Below, piece by piece: positions 47,519 through 56,312 of a stretch of DNA of 58,307 bases (its first letter is position 1; the number at the start of each line of letters is the position of its first letter). The notes under the pieces were generated by a model that worked only from the letters and a program-made list of their open reading frames with translations, was not told where the DNA came from and made no database searches. The stretch comes from Candidatus Aenigmatarchaeota archaeon. Its GTDB lineage: Archaea > Aenigmatarchaeota > Aenigmatarchaeia > Aenigmatarchaeales > JAHLMS01. The stretch lies in NCBI GenBank assembly GCA_018920245.1, contig JAHLMS010000002.1, positions 1-58,307 on the forward strand, in the 5' to 3' direction. The position numbers and the translations under genes are program-made.

Positions 47519-48383
47519 TAAGTATCCTTTCTGCTTCATTGACAAGTTCCTTTACCCTGCGCAACGGCAGCTGCGTCTTGTCTGCAATTTCTTCAGGCGT
47601 CCTCCTTATCAGGTCTTTTGTCAGCATCATACCTGCTGCTGAAAATTTTGCCAGCGTTGGTGGGTCGAGCGTACGCAGTGATGTTATAGGATATAGGCCC
47701 TTGGCCTCAAGCATGTCTTGAAGACTGTTGCCTGCTGGATAGTTCCAACCAAGCATCTTGATGTTCTTGCAGTTTGCGTACTGTATTGCATCCGTCGAGA
47801 ACTTAGTGTTCGTCGCGAGCCATGCCTGGTCAAACTGCTGACACTTGCCAGTGCGCCAGCCATCCTGAAGGTCCAAAAATCGCGCGTATGTATAGAGCGT
47901 CTCCTTCAGGCCCGTGTATATTCCGGTTGCGTGATGATACTTGCATTCTATCATGTAATATTTCAGCTGGGACTCGAGCTCTGGCCCTTTCTTGAAAGGT
48001 TTGGTAGCGATGACGTCTATCTCATGCATGACGCACGCACCCTGCACCATGCTGTGCACGCGGGTCGCATAGCCATGTTCCTTTAGTACTTCTGCTACAA
48101 GTGCTTCGAAAGCGAAGCCTGCCGGACCGAGCCGCATTATCGCACCCTTCAAGTCGTAACGCGCAGCAACATGTGGATGCTCAACCTCCAGCATCTTCAG
48201 AGTCATTTCAAGAATTTCCCGCGTGCTTATGCCGGGATAGAACCTTTCAGTGATTTTCTGCACAATTGTTTCCGCCAAATCCGCTGGCGCGCCTGCGCGC
48301 AGGCATGTCTTCCGTATCTTGTCCGGATCGAACGGCGCGGTCTCGCCAGAAGCCTTAATAACATACATCTTGTTGCTTGGCAT
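47511..48383 (-). CDS. ATP-cone + Mrr-like PD-(D/E)XK nuclease + helical (HhH-like) domain protein
   Basis: VIKASG..PFDPDKI ATP cone; GFAFEALVAE; HEIDVIA; IECKYH; TNTKFSTDA. Confidence 0.82.
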   Translation of the reverse strand: MPSNKMYVIKASGETAPFDPDKIRKTCLRAGAPADLAETIVQKITERFYPGISTREILEMTLKMLEVEHPHVAARYDLKGAIMRLGPAGFAFEALVAEVLKEHGYATRVHSMVQGACVMHEIDVIATKPFKKGPELESQLKYYMIECKYHHATGIYTGLKETLYTYARFLDLQDGWRTGKCQQFDQAWLATNTKFSTDAIQYANCKNIKMLGWNYPAGNSLQDMLEAKGLYPITSLRTLDPPTLAKFSAAGMMLTKDLIRRTPEEIADKTQLPLRRVKELVNEAERILTK

Positions 48384-48420
48384 GAAGAAAATTGTTCAAC
48401 TTGATTAAAAAGAGTATCGT

Positions 48421-48759
48421 TCAGCATGTGACATGGATGACTGCCACTGCCTTGCGACGGCGCACATGTTTGTTGAATTCGATTATGGCTTGGGGTGTGA
48501 GCTTCGCTATGAGTTCGACGCCGTGCATGCGTGCAGCGACCTCGGCGTCCGGCTCAATCTTGACATTGCCTGCGGTGCCAGTTCCGACTATTATAACTTC
48601 CGGGTCTCGCATCATAAGGTCGTTCAGGTCAGCTTTTGTAAACGAATGGCTGCCCGGTTTCGGTTTGATATCGCCTGTCCAGTCCAGAATAACATCGCTT
48701 TCGAACTTTCTGCCGTCTATGATTATCGCACCGAAGTATGAATTGTCTATCTTTGGCAT
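48421..48759 (-). CDS. Mth938/AAMDC-like domain protein
   Basis: FGAIIIDGRKF.SDVI, PEVIIVGTG, TPQAI..FN, IHVTC. Confidence 0.9.
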   Translation of the reverse strand: MPKIDNSYFGAIIIDGRKFESDVILDWTGDIKPKPGSHSFTKADLNDLMMRDPEVIIVGTGTAGNVKIEPDAEVAARMHGVELIAKLTPQAIIEFNKHVRRRKAVAVIHVTC

Positions 48760-48802
48760 ATAAACCAGTCGATTATTTGACATACAAATATAAAAATATG
48801 TT

Positions 48803-48897
48803 TGGTAGCCCCGGGAGGATTCGAACCTCCGTCTAGAGGTTTCCCTTTTGATAATTGCTCCAGAGCCTCTCATGCTTGGCCACTACACCACGGGGCT
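48803..48897 (-). tRNA. tRNA-Gln(CTG) with 19-nt 37/38 intron (48859-48841) and encoded CCA
   Basis: AGCCCCG/CGGGGCT acceptor; AGAGG CT CTG G|intron|A CCTCT; BHB helix CTCT/AGGG; GGAGG TTCGAAT CCTCC. Confidence 0.93.
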
Positions 48898-48934
48898 GAA
48901 GCTAGATAGGTTCGGAGAGTATTTATAAAATGTT

Positions 48935-49471
48935 CTAAGCTACCACTTGCTGGCTGATGCGAAGCGCTACTTCTCTGCCCATGAGTTGTTCGACGATTTT
49001 CAGCGCGAACGCCACTGCAGTTCCAGGCCCCTGGCTGGTCACGATGTTGCCATCCACAACCACGCGGTCCGTCCTGGGTCTTTCAAATCCGCGCTCCATG
49101 CCAGGATATGCAGTCGCCTTCTTGTCCTTCAGCACACCGAGCTTGTTCAGCATTGCCGGCGCAGCGCATATAGCTGCAATAAACTTGCCTGCCTTCGCAT
49201 AGTCCTGCAACGCCCTTGTTAGCGACGGCGTTTTCTCCAACGTAGCAACAGCGGCGGAACCGCCAGGCAAGACAATTCCGTCGAACTTGCTCAGGTCCTC
49301 ATCGAGCAGACGCGTGTCTGTGTGAACACGCACCTTCGAAAGTGACGTCACTATGTTGCCGGGCAAGCCTGCTATCACTACGTTTATCCCTGCCCTGCGC
49401 AGAATGTCCACTACTGCCATAGCTTCAATATCCTCGAAACCGTCGGCGAGCGGCATCAAAATCTTTGGCAT
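48935..49471 (-). CDS. DJ-1/ThiJ/PfpI family protein (intact Cys)
   Basis: GFEDIE, LPGG, AAICAAP, TSQGPGT. Confidence 0.95.
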   Translation of the reverse strand: MPKILMPLADGFEDIEAMAVVDILRRAGINVVIAGLPGNIVTSLSKVRVHTDTRLLDEDLSKFDGIVLPGGSAAVATLEKTPSLTRALQDYAKAGKFIAAICAAPAMLNKLGVLKDKKATAYPGMERGFERPRTDRVVVDGNIVTSQGPGTAVAFALKIVEQLMGREVALRISQQVVA

Positions 49472-49525
49472 TTGTATCTACCTCCAAACGAATATGCTAT
49501 CAGTTTGAATTGGTAATTAATAAAT

Positions 49526-50044
49526 TCAATGCCTCAGCGCGTTGAGGATTGCAACTGCAAACTCTGCCGCATGTGCAGTGCTCTGGGCTGTTATTATATT
49601 GCCGTCCACCTCGACAGGTGCACCTGTGTAGAGACCGAAGGCATTGATATCGTCACGCTCAGTGGGCCTGGCTGTCGCGCGCCTGCCGCGCAGGATATGC
49701 GCAGCTGCTAGTATAGGCGGGGCCAGCTCTATTGCAGCAACAGGTTTTCCTGCCGCAAAGAACTCGTGCACGAGCTGCAGTGCTCTGCGATTGTGCCTGT
49801 AAACAGACGAGCCTGCGCCGCCTATGAAAATTATGGCATCGAAATCTCGGCTCTCGACATGGTAAAAGCTTGAATGTGGGGTCACTATATTGCCCTGCTC
49901 ACCCTTTGCTGCCTGACCTGTGCTGTTTACCACAGTGAGTTGAAGGCCTGCTTTGGACAATGTGCTGCTTATGATAGCCAGTTGGCGGTCGTTGAAATCA
50001 TATGGCGCAATGACAATAAGCACACGCTTGCCCTCAAGTGGCAT
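49526..50044 (-). CDS. DJ-1/PfpI family paralog lacking the nucleophilic Cys
   Basis: DFDAIIFIGGAG, GKPVAAIELAP, VEVDGNIITA; ATG at 50044 after GGAGGTG. Confidence 0.85.
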   Translation of the reverse strand: MPLEGKRVLIVIAPYDFNDRQLAIISSTLSKAGLQLTVVNSTGQAAKGEQGNIVTPHSSFYHVESRDFDAIIFIGGAGSSVYRHNRRALQLVHEFFAAGKPVAAIELAPPILAAAHILRGRRATARPTERDDINAFGLYTGAPVEVDGNIITAQSTAHAAEFAVAILNALRH

Positions 50045-50207
50045 CAGAAAACACCTCCGGTGTTTTCGGGATGTACAAAACCATGGGTTTTGTCCATGCA
50101 GTTTAGTTGTGGTCCAAGCTGAAAAAGATGTTGGTTTGAGATAATTATTTATGTGCTTCCAAAAGCTTTTTAAGCTTCGCTGACAAGGCTTTGCAAGGTG
50201 ATGTACA

Positions 50208-50645
50208 ATGCCTGTAGTAGGAATGATACTAAAGAACATAACAGCGACAAAGTCCGAGGACGTGACAGGAAACATTAAGGTCAACAATGGCACAAACATA
50301 AAAGAGGTTAAGGAGACGGACTTGACTGTGCTCGGCAAGAAGGGCCTTGCAGTGACATTCGAGTTCAGGACAAGCTATGAAACGGACAGATCCAAGAAGC
50401 CGTTCGCTGAGATTCTGTTCAGTGGGGACGTGCTGCTTATAGAGGAGAACCACAAGGAACTGTTGGATGGTTGGAAGAAAAACAGGAAGCTGCCAGACAA
50501 GATGAATATAGCGATAATCAACTCTGTTCTGCGCAAGTGCCTAACTGAGGGCTTGGTGTTGAGTGAGAAACTCAATTTGCCGCCGCCGATGGTTATGCCA
50601 TTCGCGACCGAGAAGCAGCCAGAAGAGAGTAGGTATATCGGGTAA
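50208..50645 (+). CDS. Conserved archaeal hypothetical protein (possible SecB-like fold)
   Basis: Beta-strand pattern followed by a long helix and LNLPPP; GGTGA SD. Confidence 0.7.
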   Translation: MPVVGMILKNITATKSEDVTGNIKVNNGTNIKEVKETDLTVLGKKGLAVTFEFRTSYETDRSKKPFAEILFSGDVLLIEENHKELLDGWKKNRKLPDKMNIAIINSVLRKCLTEGLVLSEKLNLPPPMVMPFATEKQPEESRYIG

Positions 50646-50699
50646 ACCTTCTCAACGCCGACAGATAGCCTTATTAGAAATCTAAATGTATTTTATGAT

Positions 50700-51359
50700 A
50701 TGCTCGACTTCAACAAGCTCATAGAGAAACATCTCACAACAGAATGGAAGCCCAAGGACATCGGCCGCTATTATCCTTCAGAGATTGGCGGCTGCCTACG
50801 GAAGGTCTACTATTCATACATCGACCCGAAGCCTGTTAAAATGGACCTCACCAAAATATTTGAAGTTGGAAATATCCTCCACGACTTCATTGCCGAGGTG
50901 TTGCGCAGCGAAAAGAATCCGGAGGTTGAGCTCATTGATTCTGAGCTGCCGTTCAAGCTTCAGCTTAAAGACTTCATAATATCAGGTCGTGTTGATGATC
51001 TTCTGCTGATAAGGACATCAGGCAAGGAGGCGCTGGTCGAGGTCAAGTCCGTACAGTTTCTCAAGTATATTGATAGTCCACAATCGCCCCATTTAATGCA
51101 AATTCAGCTGTACATGCATGCGTTAGGCATACGCGAAGGCTACCTGCTATACATCGAGAAGGCGACGCTCGATACGAAGGCTTTCCATGTGAAGTACGAC
51201 GCCGAAGAGGCGATGAAGGCGATTGACAGATTTAAGATGCTGCACAAGTTCTTGAAGGAGAAGAAATTGCCGGAGCCCGAAGCCCGCACTTCGCGCAAGG
51301 CAGAGATAGCTTGGATGTGTGATAAATGCGATTGGCGGGAGGAATGCTTTAAACGATAG
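50700..51359 (+). CDS. Solo Cas4-like RecB/PD-(D/E)XK nuclease with Fe-S cysteines
   Basis: PSEIGGCLRK, GNILH, GRVDD, VEVKS, QIQLY, C-terminal CDKCDWREEC. Confidence 0.87.
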   Translation: MLDFNKLIEKHLTTEWKPKDIGRYYPSEIGGCLRKVYYSYIDPKPVKMDLTKIFEVGNILHDFIAEVLRSEKNPEVELIDSELPFKLQLKDFIISGRVDDLLLIRTSGKEALVEVKSVQFLKYIDSPQSPHLMQIQLYMHALGIREGYLLYIEKATLDTKAFHVKYDAEEAMKAIDRFKMLHKFLKEKKLPEPEARTSRKAEIAWMCDKCDWREECFKR

Positions 51360-51653
51360 AAAAAGAAGATGAGTGTATAGAATACTTTTTCTCTACACAA
51401 TCTATTTTCCTTCACGTTTTTTCACGAACTCTCACTTTTGGCGTGTGGGTCCGGCCTACAGCCTGTCAAAATCATATATTCTATACACTATATTTTATTG
51501 AATATATTTAGTAAAAGATATACAATAATAGATATCTTTACTAACATTCTTTACAATAGATATATCTACAAATATGCTTCACAAGCTCTTCTCTCAAACA
51601 TATAAATCATGCTATACGCAATTTTGCCATTTTTCAGTGAAAACTTATCAATT

Positions 51654-52052
51654 CTACTTCTTTACAAGCTCTTTGACAGTGTTTCTGTAGGCATTAGCCA
51701 TCCTAGTAAGGGCGGAACTAAAGTCTGTAGACAGCTCGTACTCACCAAACTCACTTCGGCGAAGGATACCAAGGCTTATCATATCATGGATCACGTTGTA
51801 GAACTGACCGCGGCTAAAGGCGCTATTGTTGGCGATGGCTGAGAGTTCTTTATCAGTCAGTAGATGAGTCTTTTGTTCCTGAAAGGCTTTTAAGATAGCA
51901 GCTGCAGCTGCTGAGGCCTTATTCAGCCCTTTGGGGGACCGGCCAAAAACAACAGCGGCGAGCTCCTCAAAAGATAAATCAGAGGGTATGGCATTGGCAG
52001 AAAACAGTATTCTGGTGCTCTTGATACGCCTCTGCTTGAAGGCTTGGGGCAT
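51654..52052 (-). CDS. Winged-helix DNA-binding protein
   Basis: SRGQFYNVIHDMISLGILRR..GEYEL wHTH pattern. Confidence 0.7.
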   Translation of the reverse strand: MPQAFKQRRIKSTRILFSANAIPSDLSFEELAAVVFGRSPKGLNKASAAAAAILKAFQEQKTHLLTDKELSAIANNSAFSRGQFYNVIHDMISLGILRRSEFGEYELSTDFSSALTRMANAYRNTVKELVKK

Positions 52053-52307
52053 ATAGTATACAACAACTGACTAAAATATAAAAATATCGGAATTTCCTAA
52101 GAAAAGGCATCCGGCAAATACACTTTCATCAAATGGGGCCCATTCTATGTGCTATAGGCCATATAGTCATTTTTCAGTAAAATATGTAAGTCAGTGGCAA
52201 TCCCTGGTTGTCTACAAAAACTGACTATAAAGGTTTACGATAAATGCCCAATTCTGTCAAATGCGGTATGAAAAAGTATCAATCAGATAGGCCACTTCAG
52301 GTAACTT

Positions 52308-52664
52308 TTACTTACTCCTCGTTAGCTTGAGCTCCTTCTCACTTGGTACTTCCTTGATATTGTTGCTTATCCTGCTGAATTTCCTGCGCAGACCCTCGAA
52401 GTCGTGAGCGATCTCTTCGCCATCCGAGGTCAGTTTTATAATCTTTACCCTACCCTTTTTATCGAACGTGACTAAACCGAGCCGCTTGAATAGATCCAAG
52501 ACCTTCACGGTGTGAGAATAAGTGCAGTCAACCGCCTTGGAGACCTGTGTGGCGTAGCGAACGCTGTCTGAACGCAGCACTAAAAGCATCTTTACGGGTT
52601 TTGAGTGCAAAAACAGGTTGTCGAATGCGTTCTTTATAGCCTCTCTCTGCTTCATAACTCTCAC
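52308..52664 (-). CDS. MarR-like winged-helix protein
   Basis: YATQVSKAVDCTYSHTVKVL..FKRLGLV.FDKKGRVKIIKLT.DG. Confidence 0.85.
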   Translation of the reverse strand: MRVMKQREAIKNAFDNLFLHSKPVKMLLVLRSDSVRYATQVSKAVDCTYSHTVKVLDLFKRLGLVTFDKKGRVKIIKLTSDGEEIAHDFEGLRRKFSRISNNIKEVPSEKELKLTRSK

Positions 52665-52915
52665 ATTTCTAAGAGAAATTTACCTAAACTATTATTTAAA
52701 CCTATCCTAGCCGTTGTATAATATATTTTTTGTTGTGTGTCTTATAAAATATATTGTTTATAATATAATTTATACTAAATTGTTTATGTTACATGTTACA
52801 ATTAATAACTTTTATAATCTATATTTTATAAATTATATTATAATAAAGACGTTTTAAAACCCTCACAAACCCAGACTTCACAAAACAATTTAAGCCCGAG
52901 GACGTAAGTGATATC

Positions 52916-53125
52916 ATGGATATGCCATTATCTCCGGTGGAACGCATACTAAAAAGGTCTTCTATGCGTGTGAGCGACGACGCTGTTAAGGAATTTGCCA
53001 GCCTACTTGAAGAAATAGCCGCTGACATCGCGGCAGAAGCTGCTGCAAACGCGAAAAGGGCCAATCGGAAGACGGTGAACGTGTCGGATATAGAAGCGGC
53101 GAAGCGAAAACTGCTACAATTGTGA
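52916..53125 (+). CDS. Archaeal histone (HMf-like)
   Basis: MPLSPVERILK...RVSDDA...AKRANRKTVNVSDI. Confidence 0.93.
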   Translation: MDMPLSPVERILKRSSMRVSDDAVKEFASLLEEIAADIAAEAAANAKRANRKTVNVSDIEAAKRKLLQL

Positions 53126-53220
53126 AATTTTCTTGAACAGACCATCATTTTCTCGTGTAGATTTTTCCTACTTAGGTGGTCAGAAAAGCATAAATCTTTA
53201 GGCATTCACTATATGCTCAC

Positions 53221-54249
53221 GTGATTTGTGTGGAGGCTGACGCTATTTTGCAAAAAATAATTGCAACTACTGGAATGTCCAACGAGGATCTGGAGCACCG
53301 CATAGCAGAAAAGCAACGTGAACTCTCCGGACTCGTGAGCAGGGAAGGCGCGGCCTACATAATCGCGAAGGAACTGGGCTTGGAGCTGTTCGAGAAGACA
53401 AAGCGCAGACTTGAAATAAAATCTATAGTGCCGGGCCTGAAAAACGTCACGCTCACAGCCAGGCTCTTACGAATATTCGAAGCGCGCCAATTTGAACGCA
53501 ATGGTCAGAAATCGTCTGTGGCGAACATAATTTTAGGTGATGAGACTGGAATTGTGAGACTTTCCCTTTGGGACCAACAGCTCGAGCTATTAAAGCAGCT
53601 GCAGCCTGGGTTGGCTGTGGAGATCTTTGGCGCATACACAAAGGATGACGGTCGTGGCGGCACAGAAATAAGGCTTAGCAAACGCGGTGGGATAAAGGTC
53701 TTGGCTCAGAGCGACCTACCAACTATAGACAAAATTAAGGCTGTAACAACTGAGACGCCACATAGGGTGGAACTTTCAAGTGTCAAAGAGGGCGGTTTGT
53801 TCGAGGTTCGCGCAGCCGTTGTACAGCTTTTTGACAGCAATGCGTTCTACGAGATCTGTCCAAAGTGCTCGGCGCGGGTGAGGAAGGAAACTGTCGCGGA
53901 AGGACCTAGGCAATATATGGTCTTCAAATGTATCCAGCACGGTGAGGTCCAGCCCACACAGGCGATTGTGCTCTCAGGTGTAATAGACGACGGAACAGCA
54001 AACATTCGCGCAGTCTGGTTCAGGGACGCGGCACTTGAATTGATTGGAATGCCACTCGAGGTTGCTATACAAAAGAAGGACCATCTCCTGGAAAGTATAG
54101 ATGTGCTTGGTAAGGAGTTCATAATGACAGGTCGCGTAAAGCGGAACAAGATGTTTGATCGCCTTGAGTTTATAGTTAACAGCGTCAAGCCTGTGGAACT
54201 GAAAAAAGAATCTGAGGCGCTGATAAACGAATTGAAGCGTGGCTCCTGA
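53221..54249 (+). CDS. rpa: Replication protein A large subunit (OB folds + Zn finger)
   Basis: [30 protein letters not shown]...[16 protein letters not shown]. Confidence 0.88.
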   Translation: MICVEADAILQKIIATTGMSNEDLEHRIAEKQRELSGLVSREGAAYIIAKELGLELFEKTKRRLEIKSIVPGLKNVTLTARLLRIFEARQFERNGQKSSVANIILGDETGIVRLSLWDQQLELLKQLQPGLAVEIFGAYTKDDGRGGTEIRLSKRGGIKVLAQSDLPTIDKIKAVTTETPHRVELSSVKEGGLFEVRAAVVQLFDSNAFYEICPKCSARVRKETVAEGPRQYMVFKCIQHGEVQPTQAIVLSGVIDDGTANIRAVWFRDAALELIGMPLEVAIQKKDHLLESIDVLGKEFIMTGRVKRNKMFDRLEFIVNSVKPVELKKESEALINELKRGS

Positions 54250-54289
54250 CAAGCATAAATATTTTGCGGTCAATTGTATAGTGACTTAT

Positions 54290-55261
54290 ATGGCTGAAAA
54301 AGAAAAAATTAAATCTGTCGCTGACCTACCTGGCGTCGGCGAGCGCATTGCGGAGAAACTGAACGATGCAGGTTATACTGATTTGATGGCCATTGCGGCA
54401 GCAAGTCCGAGCGAGCTGGCAGAAGCAGCTGAGCTAGGCGAGGCGACGGCTGCAAAGATAATTTCTGCTGCACGAGATGCATTAGACATGGGCTTTGAAA
54501 CAGCAACGAAGGTGCTTGAGAAGCGCTCGAGAATTGGACATATAACTACTGGGAGTAAGAACCTTGATAACCTTCTTGGTGGAAAAGGTATAGAAACCGG
54601 AGCGACAACAGAGTTTCATGGCGCATTCGGTTCGTCCAAGACTCAGGTAGCACACCAGCTGGCCGTCAATGTGCAACTGCCAATCGAAAGGGGCGGCCTT
54701 GAAGGCGCATGCCTGTATATTGATACCGAAGCAACATTCAGGCCAGAGCGAATAAAGCAAATGGCCGAAGCGCTTAAGCTGGACCCGAAAAAGGTCATGG
54801 AAAACATCTTCGTTGCGAGGGCGTACAATTCCGATCATCAGATGCTACTTGCAGAAAAAGCCTCGGAACTGGTGAAGAGCAAGAACGTCAAGCTTGTCAT
54901 TGTAGATTCTGTTACGGCACTTTTCCGTTCTGATTTCACCGGTAGGGGTGAGCTCGCATCAAGGCAACAGAAACTGAATCGACACCTTCATACATTGCAG
55001 AGGTTGGCAGACATATATAACATTGCCGTCTATGTCACTAACCAGGTCATGGCAAGGCCTGATATTTTATATGGCGATCCGACGGCACCGATAGGCGGCC
55101 ATATAATGGGTCATTTTTCAACTTATCGCGTATATGTGAGAAAATCAAAGGGTGACACACGAATAGGTAGAATGATAGACAGCCCGAACCTGCCAGAAGG
55201 TGAATGTGTATTCTGCATCAAGCCGGAAGGTGTGCGTGACCCGGAAGAGAAAGAAAAATAA
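54290..55261 (+). CDS. radA: DNA repair and recombination protein RadA
   Basis: [47 protein letters not shown]. Confidence 0.97.
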   Translation: MAEKEKIKSVADLPGVGERIAEKLNDAGYTDLMAIAAASPSELAEAAELGEATAAKIISAARDALDMGFETATKVLEKRSRIGHITTGSKNLDNLLGGKGIETGATTEFHGAFGSSKTQVAHQLAVNVQLPIERGGLEGACLYIDTEATFRPERIKQMAEALKLDPKKVMENIFVARAYNSDHQMLLAEKASELVKSKNVKLVIVDSVTALFRSDFTGRGELASRQQKLNRHLHTLQRLADIYNIAVYVTNQVMARPDILYGDPTAPIGGHIMGHFSTYRVYVRKSKGDTRIGRMIDSPNLPEGECVFCIKPEGVRDPEEKEK

Positions 55262-55346
55262 ATATCGAAAATTTGTAAAAGAGATGGCAAGGACCTTGCC
55301 TGCTGCCCTCCTTAAGAAAAAATAGCTAATGCCTCGCAGAAAGCAT

Positions 55347-55613
55347 TCAAATGATGTCCTTCTCGGCAATTATAATGAAGTCACCGACGGACTTGACTGC
55401 GCTGAAGGGTATCAACAGCCTGCCCTTGTCGTCCTCGCTGAGCCCGAGATCCTGAATACCCTTCGTGGGCTCGGTCACGACCAGGTTCATCAGCTCACCA
55501 GATTCTGTAATAAAGGCCACATCACCGACTATACCGAACTTGCGGCCGCTCTCCTCGCTGACTATGACTTTTCCGATTATATCCTTGCCACGCACTCGTT
55601 CACCATCAGCCAT
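55347..55613 (-). CDS. PRC-barrel domain protein (CdpB-like)
   Basis: IIGKVIVSEESGRKFGIVGDV...SGEL...LIPFSAVKSVGDFIII. Confidence 0.88.
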   Translation of the reverse strand: MADGERVRGKDIIGKVIVSEESGRKFGIVGDVAFITESGELMNLVVTEPTKGIQDLGLSEDDKGRLLIPFSAVKSVGDFIIIAEKDII

Positions 55614-55637
55614 ACCAGCACACCTCCAAAACGATGT

Positions 55638-56219
55638 CTATACTTCGGGCTTCGAATATTTATACTTTTGCATAAGCTTCTCGATAAGGGCAACCACAGC
55701 CTTCTCGAGCTGTTTTTTGGTTCCTCTATTGTCTATTCTGTAATCAGCCCTGCGCATGAGCTTTCCTAGGCCCCGCTTGAGTTCATCCCTGTCGCGGAAC
55801 CGTAAATATGCCTCGGACTCTTTCTTGCCAAACCTGCCGCGTTTGTGCTCGCGCGCATGTCGTATACGAAACGGTGCCGAAATGTTGATTATTACTGGTT
55901 TCTGGCCAGACAGCCTTTCTATTTCCTTAAGCTGAGATGGGGAACGGAGGCCCTCTATAACAACAATATCCTTACGCTTTTTTTTGACCTTGGCCCAGAT
56001 GCGCTGTGCAATCAGAATTTCGCGGCCTCCGGTGTGAAACCAGTGTGCGATGGCAGCGTCGGTTGTTGGGGAATATTTCAGGCCACGGGCACGCACTTCC
56101 TCACGGATTATATCTCCGCTATGAACCTCGGCAGCGTTAAATTTCTTTGCTATTATATCGGCGACTACAGTTTTACCGCTGCCTGGCATGCCGACAATAA
56201 GAAGCAGTAATTTTGGCAT
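55638..56219 (-). CDS. Dephospho-CoA kinase-like P-loop kinase (UPF0200 family)
   Basis: GMPGSGKT, SGDIIREE, IEGLRS, RGR, RDRDEL..GLG, ADY.IDN.GT. Confidence 0.85.
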   Translation of the reverse strand: MPKLLLLIVGMPGSGKTVVADIIAKKFNAAEVHSGDIIREEVRARGLKYSPTTDAAIAHWFHTGGREILIAQRIWAKVKKKRKDIVVIEGLRSPSQLKEIERLSGQKPVIINISAPFRIRHAREHKRGRFGKKESEAYLRFRDRDELKRGLGKLMRRADYRIDNRGTKKQLEKAVVALIEKLMQKYKYSKPEV

Positions 56220-56312
56220 GATAATAATGTTGCGACCATAGATAAAATTGTGCTCTATGTCTTCTATTCCTTGTCATATTTGTTATTTATGAGTAGTTAA
56301 TTTAAAGTAAGG

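Noticed and set aside
48760..48873. N-terminal extension of the Mth938-like ORF
   Set aside because: It overlaps tRNA-Gln; the domain starts at MPKIDNSYFG (48759).
50045..50338. 98-aa N-terminal extension of the DJ-1 paralog
   Set aside because: It overlaps the divergent gene and promoter region; a strong SD precedes ATG 50044.
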